NCBI GenBank assembly: GCA_000934665.2
Contig: KZ538452.1
Coordinates: 49,897 to 69,896 of the forward strand
Direction: 5' to 3'
DNA: 20,000 nucleotides
Origin: Catajapyx aquilonaris
Lineage: Eukaryota
Shown here: piece after piece, positions 11,566 through 20,000 of the stretch
Layout: every line of letters begins with the position of its first letter
How positions within the stretch are numbered: position 1 is the stretch's first letter
The notes under the pieces: generated by a model
What the model was told of the DNA's origin: nothing
The model's database searches: none
The model's input: only the letters and a program-made list of their open reading frames with translations
Translations under genes and position numbers: made by a program

Positions 11566-12820
11566 TTTCCTGCCACTAGCAACATTTTAAGTGGTCGTTT
11601 TTTTAAGGGGAGAGAGGACCGTCCTTTACCAACCCTCCCAAATCAGTATGAGAAGAGCTGCAACGGCAGCTGTAGACAGATAACGTTGCCTATACGTTCG
11701 GAACATTGATTTATATTGTTTAGATTTAGGACGAAACCTGGCTGGGTGATATCACATACGTCTTCTTTAGTGCATGTAAGAATGGGCTCGATTAATAGCT
11801 GTTGATAGACTTACAATCGGGGTGAGTATGGCAGATAATCAATTGTGGAAAGAGGTACCCTCATCTTCAAGCCCAGGCATGAAGCGAGCTGGGATATGTA
11901 TCAAATTTCCTCTTCCGGAAGCCTGCATTATGTGCCTCATTTATCAATAGTATGCAGGCTATTGCCGTAGGCTGGATAGCGACCTACACTGGACGTTTCT
12001 ATTCATTTCAAATTGCAGAAACAATATTAGCAAGTGTGTATAGCAGCAGTGACACCTTTGCACAGCCGTAAATAAGGACATGTTATTTCTATGCAGTCTC
12101 AACACCAGAGGTACTCAACATCATTTTCTTTGTGCCACGAAAACTTTTATGCCTGGCCAAGTGAACCAGTCGGGTGATTTACGAAGGATTACAACGCCTA
12201 GAAATACAAAAAAGTTGGCTGCAAAGCCCCGCTACCAAAATGATAACACGGGGAGTAAGGCAGAACCGCAATGATGAAATCCTCGCAACAAAAGCCCCGC
12301 TGGGGACCAACAAGCTAACAAGCCCTAGCAATTCCCAACTCCTGGGACAGCACGTATGGGATACGCTCTAAAAAATGGAACCCTCCGAAAAAAAAACCAC
12401 CCACCCACGGGCACTGTTAATATTGTTGGTGTGGCTTGCTCGCCCAGAAGCTCCTCTGAGGTATACACGGGAAACCGAAATATCTCTGCCTTTCCCGTCA
12501 TCGGTTCAAATTATTCGAGCAAACAAGTTTAATGAGGACATTTTTCTGATGGGCTTCAGACCCCACTGGAATCATCAGGTGTCAACATTAAATTTTGGCC
12601 TTGTCAATTCTCACAACTTGAATAAATGGCGGCAGTCACATGTCCCACATTGCAGATTAATATTGGTGTGATTTCGCTGTACCTATTGTGTCTTCACGAT
12701 TTTATTTATTGTTGTTATTGTGTATTTTATTTATTTTTTGTGCAATCTTGCGTTTACGCGACTTTAGCCAGGCCACCAGACGGTTGTAAATATTATGTGA
12801 GCGTAGGTATGTTTTCTTAG

Positions 12821-13024
12821 CAAAAAACTTCCGCATAGTGTGAAATCTGCGCCAGGTTTTCCACCCACCATCTGGCAGTGCAAGGCAAGGCTTTCCACCT
12901 GCCCTCCTGTTTGGGAAGTTGGCCGACAGGTGCAAAGCAGCACAAGCATCTCAAAGTCATCTGCTGCCTCCAAGGGCGCACAGATTTATTGAGCACGCAG
13001 AGGTTGGAGGAGCCCCAAAAAAAG
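12821..13024 (+). pseudogene. Putative relic exon with a degenerate PHD-finger-like pattern
   Basis: gttttcttag| acceptor and aag|gtaaaa donor bound 204 bp (68 codons) with one in-frame TAG. It reads CEICARFSTHHLAVQGKAFHLPSCLGSWPTG...ICC. Confidence 0.3.
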
Positions 13025-16000
13025 GTAAAAAATAAGAATTGCTGCCTGCAGGCCAAGGTACGACGCGTGGCCTTTCTTGCACCTGCCGGCTCTCTCTTGG
13101 TCATCCAGTATGCTTGTTGCTAGTGGGCTGCGCGTGCCATCCATTGGAATTTCTTCACTGCTCTAGGCGGGCCTATCAAGAATGAAAAACGCGGGGTTTC
13201 GCCAAATATACTGCAGATGTTCAAGCTACAGGCTGATGGAATGCTACTAGGCAAAATTGGGCGCTCGCAAAAAATTAATGAAGTTAACTCTTTTTAAAAA
13301 CTTCGATTAAAAAAAACATTAGTGTGAAATAATTGAAGCTATTACCAAGCCTATTCTTACCAAGTTATAGGTTAAATTATTTTCCAATAATCGCCAGTAG
13401 GGCTACATTAAAAGCGAGTCTGGGTTGTTAAACCTGGCCCTAATAGGATGGCAATTCACAGTCTTGGAGGTAAATATCTCTCTGGATAAAACAGCGTGAA
13501 TGAAACGGCTGCCACATTCCTCGGGAACCCACCTTTTGTCCGGTCGATGAAAAGACCGAGATTCTCCGGGTGGCGAAGACATTTTGGGCGGATAGGCTCA
13601 TTAGCAGGCGAATCCCTCTTGTAGGTGTGGAGTAGGAGGTGAAGAAGCTATCTTCAGACCTCCCTCTCCTCCATTTCCAACAAGAGGGAAACCCCGAGGG
13701 GGTAACCAGCAAGTCGTTAGTTAATAGAATCGCCCCGAGTTACACTCGGGAGAGTCAAGGGTTGGTCACACAAAGTTGAGAGTGACTGTAGGGGTTAACC
13801 TTCCCCCATCTACCAACGGATTAAAGTGGTCCCATCCTTGCGACTCAATCAGGCCCTCCAAGGAAAAGGAATTGGCCTTAGCGGGTACCCATGCAACCTC
13901 GCATGTCCTGTTATGGGGATGGATCCCATCGTGTACGGTCTCGAGGTTTCCGTGAGATTTTTGGGGGAGCCTGCGGAAATTGACGTGCATCTCTCTTCAG
14001 GTGTGCAGCCTGTCGATGGGTAGCTAGTACCGCCTCGAGAGTATATGCAATGGCTTCGGAACTGAATGGTGCCAACAGCACAAAGCGGTCATGTCATCTG
14101 CAGAGTGCACTGGAGGCACTTTCAGGGAGGCGTTGATCAACTGCTGTGTAAGTGGCCCATTGCTGTGAGTTGTCATCTTCAGCGAATGGCTCACATGCAT
14201 ACTACAAGTATGTTGTTCAGGGTTGAGCACAGGCATTTGTACGATAAGTGCAATGACGATCGCCTGGGGATAACCGGAATTGTTATTGGTATTGGCTACA
14301 AAGACTGTAGGCGTTAGAAAACTCCTGTTAGAATATTGATACTAAAATTCGTTCTATGCAGCAGGAATGTAACAAGAGCAATATGCGTGCGTTACGCTTA
14401 AAGAACACTCCTCGGTTTATAAGCAAAAATATTCTTGTCGGACGACGTGACTCATTTCGAAGCAATCTGGAGGACAGTGCGAGTAAGGGTCAGCAGGTTC
14501 TTATTAGAGGTTGCGACTAGTGAAAGTGCGTGAACAGCGCATGCGTGTTGACATAACCTTAGAATAACGTGTTTACCCTCCCACACATTAACATTTCCTG
14601 TGACGAAAAACTTAGGGCCACCTACCACAATGCATGCATGTGCCCTCAGAAAAAGAAATATTTTTAAGGCCATGTGCCTGACCGTTATAATGAAGGTCGA
14701 AGGTGGCAGCGGGGCGCATCGTTCTCTTTCCCATGATGCCGCAATACCATACTTTATTTTGCCATCTAACAACGGAAAAATCGGGAAACTGTATAGGGCT
14801 GTATGGCATGCGGTCCGTACCGTATTAGTATTTGTTATACTGCACCATTACAGCGCAGCGGTTCGAATAAGGGTAATAGGACACGACTACTCCGGAAACA
14901 GTTTAGGTATCATTATTGCTTTCTTAGCTACCGATTACTGACGGAGATACATGAATAGCGCACATCAGACGGTTTAATTTCGCCAAGTACTATTTCGCGT
15001 ATTGCAACGTGTGTCGGAATTACACATGCGAGGCTATAGTCACGCGATACCTTCTTAAACAATGTAGTAATTTTATCATAAATAGTTCAAGGGAGTAGGT
15101 AAGAAAAGTGAAGACTGAGTAGGGCATAGTGCGAAGAATGACACGTCAAGACTTTTCCTTTGAACCTATGAGAAAACGCCTCAGCCCCTAATCTTTACCT
15201 TGCTAGTCTCTCTTCCGGAAGAACTTCGCACGAATACTTCCGGTTACGAGTACGAGCCTGGTAATAAAGTCTTCCTCAAGTGTGGGGAGGAGGTTCTTGA
15301 CAGGCCTATTTTCTTTTTAGTTGTCGAAGGTCCACTCTGTCAACTTCACTCGGATCGTTATTGTCACTAATTACACACCTAGTCACATGGCTAAATATTA
15401 GCTCCCCAGCTCTAATTCTCATGCTAATACACGTCACCTTATTTGCAATGAGAGTGTTTCTCACATTCCAGGGCTGTGAGGAGGCCGTTTGAATCACAAA
15501 GTTGGAAATAGCTATGTTTGTTTATTATGAGCAATGTGACGATCATTAACTGTGTGAGATCAAAATAAATAAAAGTCACAAAAAATGTGTGCAATTGCAG
15601 GCTCTAGCCTTACAATACCGTCGCCAAATTGTACATGCAGTCATGGTCATATGTCCTTGTTGCAAGCAGCAAAAAAAAGTTCATACACGGTGTACTGGCA
15701 CATTTCCCACGGCAGCCAATTTGCTTTGTAAATAGGTGCCACTCGAGTTGACAGGTTCTGAACGTACGTTAAAAGTGCGCCAATATTTCCGTGCATATAC
15801 AGTATGCCTACACGCGGGGAACTAATTTCCAACTAGCATGATCCTCCAGGCAGGTGAGCAGCAGGTGCAAAAATCGTGAAAGTTGGAGGCGGCGGTATTT
15901 TTCGAGTATGCATGGGCCTCGAAACCTGTCCGGTGCACGGTCGGGGTCGCCACATATAAACTACCACGCGAATCGTTTAGACGGCTACTTCATTTTTGTC

Positions 16001-17508
16001 ACGGTCGCTACCACTGGATCTCAAGGGTGGAATCCGTACACACAAGGATCACCAAACACCTGTTGCCCTGATATTTGAATCAGAGTTGGGTAGGAGAAGG
16101 AGAGGGGTGTATGCATCGATTTAGATATGTAACATTATCTGCGGTGCGTGACACAGGGTGGCTGTCATGTACTCTATATTACTGAAGTGAGCAAGGAAGT
16201 TGGGGTTTATTGGCTTGTAAGTGTAACAAGGATGTTAAATGAGCAGTTACATCCAAAAATAGCAGGTTGACAGCTGTCGTTAATGCAAAGTATGACCGTA
16301 AAATTTTGTGGTGTTAACTATATTGTCAGCCATTTTTAAACTGCTGTCGACTAAATATCCATTCGCTTTTTGAATGATCCACTTGAAAAAAGAAGCATCA
16401 GTCCATATTTGTCACCCACTTCTAGCACCATCCTCACTCCACAACTTCCAACGATCCGTGTCCATATATCCGCACTTTGCAGCCACCCTATATCCTACCA
16501 CTCTCAGAAACGACTACATCATCCCATCTGAATAGTACTTTTAAAAATAGTGCCAGCCCCGGTCCTTCCCAAGATTATTTTCAGCCCCAGGCGGCACCCA
16601 AGCTGCAACACCCCCCAAATTAGCCCACCGCCAGCACGCCCAATTTTCGGCCAAAACACTACCCCCATATGAAAAAGCGAATCCTCTTACCCGTAAGAAG
16701 CAGCAGAAAGCACCCAAATGTTCCGAGTTCCATGTCGTCGGCACACGTATCACACCTGTAGACACGTGGGAGGAAGCCGCCTGGCTGGCCTGCGGTCCTG
16801 CGGCTGTTGGGCTGTGGAGCGCCGGGCCACGACTAAACGCGTTTCAGGCTGCCGCTCCTCCCTTATTTCGGTCGGGAACCGCGAGGGAGCCACCGGTCGT
16901 ATAGGCTACCAGGCGGTGCTCTTGCAGGACAAACGATGTACGCACAGCCCGTTCCGGGTGATGATGCATCCGGAGAGAGGGGAGGTTGAGGCACTTCCGA
17001 CCTGCACTTTTGCCATGTTTTGCTCCTCCCCCGCCTGCCCAGCCTCCCTAATTGTATGTTAAGTGTGACGTGAGTTTGAATAGGAAGTGTGGCCTAGTGG
17101 AGACGGGTTATTTTGAGAGGGGGAGCTAGGTTCTGCAAATAAGAATGTCTTTTGTACTAAGGCGAATCGGATGTGGCGTACATACCTGTGGTTTTGTGCG
17201 TCTGCTGCGAAGGGCCGTCGCGTCGTCGCGTCGGAAGAGCCTCATTTTGAGCAGACAGAGCCGTACCTAGGTCATCCAGGGGCAACCGCGTTTTCAGTGC
17301 TGAGAATAGCAAGACAAGACAGTCTTGACCAAGGGGGTAATCGCTTCGGTACTCCGGTGTACACCTGCGAGTGGTACTCCTCAGGTACCTCACTCTTTAT
17401 TTATTAAATAATCTCCCTGAATCAAAGAAGACCACCGCCTTAAGAAACAGACAATTTTGTGTTACTTATTATATGTAAATGCAGGACTACGTTTGATCAG
17501 GGTAGTAT

Positions 17509-17879
17509 TATTTATTTTTTATTTTTTTTATTTTTTTATTTCACTGCCCCTTGCTCAGTACATTACGTCATGCTTCGGGGGGTGGCATACCACCATCAGT
17601 TTTTCTGTATATTTTTCCACTTCATTCACCGGTGCAAGGAAACAAGGACAATGGGAAAGGATAGGGATTTTTGGGGAGGGAACGTGGGTGCAAGGTGCAA
17701 TGTCGTAGCTAATGGGTCATGTGCTATTCCCCAGGAGGTTAGGTTGCCAGACACCTCCTTGGTGCAGGTCAGAGACCCTCGTGACGCAGGTGAAAGGAAA
17801 GTTCCCCAGGCGGAGATCGAACCTGGGGCCTTTCACTCAGCAAGCCGAGACGTTACCATTTCGGCCACCACACCTCCCC
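17509..17879 (-). mobile_element. tRNA-derived SINE (~370 bp) with A-rich tail
   Basis: Perfect 15-bp TSD TGATCAGGGTAGTAT (17494-17508 and 17880-17894). Minus-strand A box TGGCCGAAATGG (17856-17867) and B box GGTTCGATCTCC (17812-17823). (AAAAAT)n-like tail at 17509-17541. Confidence 0.9.
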
Positions 17880-18423
17880 TGATCAGGGTAGTATAGTATA
17901 CTAAAGGATAAGACGAGCCTGGGCAATTGGCGTAGGAAACCTGAGATATCGTTTGCAACCGGTGCTTCCGCGGCTGGGAGAGCGTAAAACTAACTGCGAG
18001 CATAATGACAATTCATACGTCCGTCTACGTTTCATCGATGGTTGACGCCTTGTCTCACTATTAATTTTGAGTTTATTATTAAAGGGGAATTATACAAGAA
18101 ATGAGAATAGGTTTTTTTGCATAAGTGGAACTCTTTCTCCGAAGGAAAATGAAAGTAATCAATGTTTTAAATATTATAATCTGCAAAGCGCTGCTTTCCC
18201 TTGCAGGTGGTTTCATTCTGTAGGCTACTTTACAAAATGTGACTTCAGAATATTGATGCTAAGAGTGTCAAAAAATACCCTATATATTTGCTTCATGCAC
18301 AATAATCAATTTTTACGCATACAGGAACAATTGACGCACTTGTAATATACCGTATTGTAGCATCAAGTCCTCACATTTTGCAGTAAGCGAATATGTACCC
18401 CAACCACCTAATAAATATCCGTA

Positions 18424-18426
<3 letters not shown>

Positions 18427-18497
<71 letters not shown>
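18427..18497. repeat. (AAT)n microsatellite, the tail of the adjacent SINE, running into an assembly gap
   Basis: More than 20 perfect AAT units followed by Ns. Confidence 0.97.
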
Positions 18498-18694
18498 NNN
18501 NNNNNNNNNNNNNNNNNNNGGAAAGGAAGGAGGCGGCTGTGGCCTATATTACGGTAACGACCCCGGAATTATCCTGCAAGGACCATGGGAAACCACAGAA
18601 AACCATGATCAGGGTCGCCGGCCTCCGGGATTCGAACCCAGGACCTCCCGATTAGCAGTCGGACACCATACCACTACACCACTACTGCTTCGGT
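18430..18694 (-). mobile_element. tRNA-derived SINE with (ATT)n tail; 3' body lost in the gap
   Basis: Perfect 16-bp TSD AATATCCGTAATTAAT (18414-18429 and 18695-18710). Minus-strand head ACCGAAGCAGTAGTGGTGTAGTGGT (A box), anticodon-arm-like TCCGA-CTGCTAA-TCGGG, B box GGTTCGAATCCC (18627-18638), then body GGTTTTCTGTGGTTTCCC...TAGGCCACAGCCGCCTCCTTCC. Confidence 0.92.
18498..18519. other. Assembly gap (22 N)
   Basis: Run of N. Confidence 1.
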
Positions 18695-19025
18695 AATATC
18701 CGTAATTAATTACACTGTATTATTCGCCGAGGGAATAATCCATCATGAAACAATTTTACAACATGAAACTTGCATAGGGCCCTACAAGAAAACTCTAATT
18801 CTGCTATCCTAATCTTTCTTCCAGCATTAAAAAAAATCCATATCCATGCACCCAATAAAGAGAAATGCACTACTAAATGTGATAGTAATGCCACATTGCC
18901 CAAACCACTTTGTCCAAAAAATCCCATTCAATATTATTTTTACGCTGCCATGCATTTTGACCGAAGAAATTCTGGTCCAAACGACAGCACTGCATCAAAA
19001 ATATTTTGCCTAAAGAAACATTTTT

Positions 19026-19057
19026 ATCTCACTGAGGAGGATCTCACTGAGGAGGAT
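19026..19057. repeat. 15-bp tandem duplication ATCTCACTGAGGAGG x2
   Basis: Read directly. Confidence 0.85.
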
Positions 19058-19904
19058 AATATTGTTTGTGATACACATGCATTTATGCAATAATATAGAA
19101 GTTCATTCACATAGCCACTTTCTTTGCAAACAAGTTCATGAGTTTTTGGTAATTTTGATAGGAAATTCTCAAACTAATTATTACACAAAATCTGAATAAT
19201 TGGAATAATTTTCTATAGTAGTAATGACGCTTCGTTCCTCCATATTGTACAGTATCTCACACCCAACGTACTGTATATCTAGACCACTTTTTGCCCTCAG
19301 TATATGTGGCACTGTAGCATTTTGACAGCAAAATGTGCACATTTTTCGTATTTATTGGTCGTCTATTGGCTGCATTGGGTGTGCATTTTTCACGATATAT
19401 TCCCGCATAATTTTGACGGTTTTGTATCTGGTTTTAAGGTCCCTAGAGATGGAAAAATAATAACCCTCTGTGAATAAGCCTTAAAGATGATTGTAGATGG
19501 AATGAAGGGGATACGCCATGACAACTCCCATTGTTCCGTTTTTTATTGTTGCTCGTTGCTGCAGTCGATTATGGCAACGCCGGATACTCTCATGTTCTCA
19601 CATTGTCACACTAATATTAGTACATTTTGGTAAACCTCATTTACGCAGTGCACTTCCATCAGCCGATTATGTACTTTTCACACTGGCAAAGCGTAGCGAA
19701 GGGGGAGTTATACGCTCTCACCTCATGTGGCTCTATACTTGACAATCACAACAGGTTTTGTTCGGGACCCTTTCGCGTTTGGAAGTTCAAACCTTTTCCC
19801 TTCAAAGTGGTCAGAAAATAATATATTTCAATATTCTTAAGTATTTTTCGCCTAAATTTAAAATCAAGCGTTTGTCAATTCATAAAGGGTTGGCTGGATG
19901 AGAA

Positions 19905-20000
19905 CCCTTACCGAAATTTAACCCAGCCGCGAGCTTGCCGCTAGCTCGCCAGAAGCTGGCCAGCTCGCCTCAGGATAGCCGCCACGTCGCGGGACCTCGC
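19905..20000 (-). mobile_element. Terminus of a second copy of the CACTA/EnSpm-like element, inverted, continuing beyond the window
   Basis: Reverse complement of 4403-4498 with 5 mismatches in 96 bp by manual alignment; begins CCCTTACCGAAATTT. Confidence 0.92.

Noticed and set aside
12290..12320. PLGTNKL resembling a Crypton tyrosine-recombinase segment
   Set aside because: The downstream HSLR, GH and Y catalytic motifs were not found in a consistent frame.
13916..13930. DGIHP SGNH-hydrolase motif
   Set aside because: No GDS or GxND blocks upstream.
15251..15335. YEPGNKVFLK...EGP resembling a Gypsy integrase C-terminus
   Set aside because: No integrase core upstream and no PPT/LTR identified; too short to support.
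18079..18100. TTAA-AGGGGAATTATAC Kolobok-MITE-like start
   Set aside because: No matching inverted end found in the window.
18606..18615. TGATCAGGGT shared between the second SINE body and the first SINE's TSD
   Set aside because: 10-bp match without flanking similarity; compatible with chance.
18620..18694. Functional tRNA gene
   Set aside because: No acceptor stem or poly-T terminator; it is the head of a TSD-flanked SINE.

Overview
Eukaryotic, repeat-rich, apparently gene-poor DNA (invertebrate/arthropod-like by inference from the SINE types; no intact host gene is recognisable). Well supported: (i) a non-autonomous, composite CACTA/EnSpm-like DNA transposon at 3192-4498 (CCCTTACC...GGTAAGGG termini, 2-bp AG flanks, hairpin-forming 25-, 32- and 72-bp subterminal tandem arrays), with a second, inverted copy of its end starting at 19905; (ii) two tRNA-headed SINEs on the minus strand with perfect 15- and 16-bp target-site duplications (17509-17879; 18430-18694, spanning an (AAT)n tail and an assembly gap). 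Tentative, from manual translation only: a decayed, intron-containing minus-strand gene (~6450-11570) whose 5' part has the motif order of a Kolobok/Mutator-like DDE transposase, followed by Ulp1-protease-like, CxxC..HxxC zinc-finger-like and unidentified exons, with a divergently oriented PHD-like exon at 12821-13024. Most short ORFs in the track look spurious.
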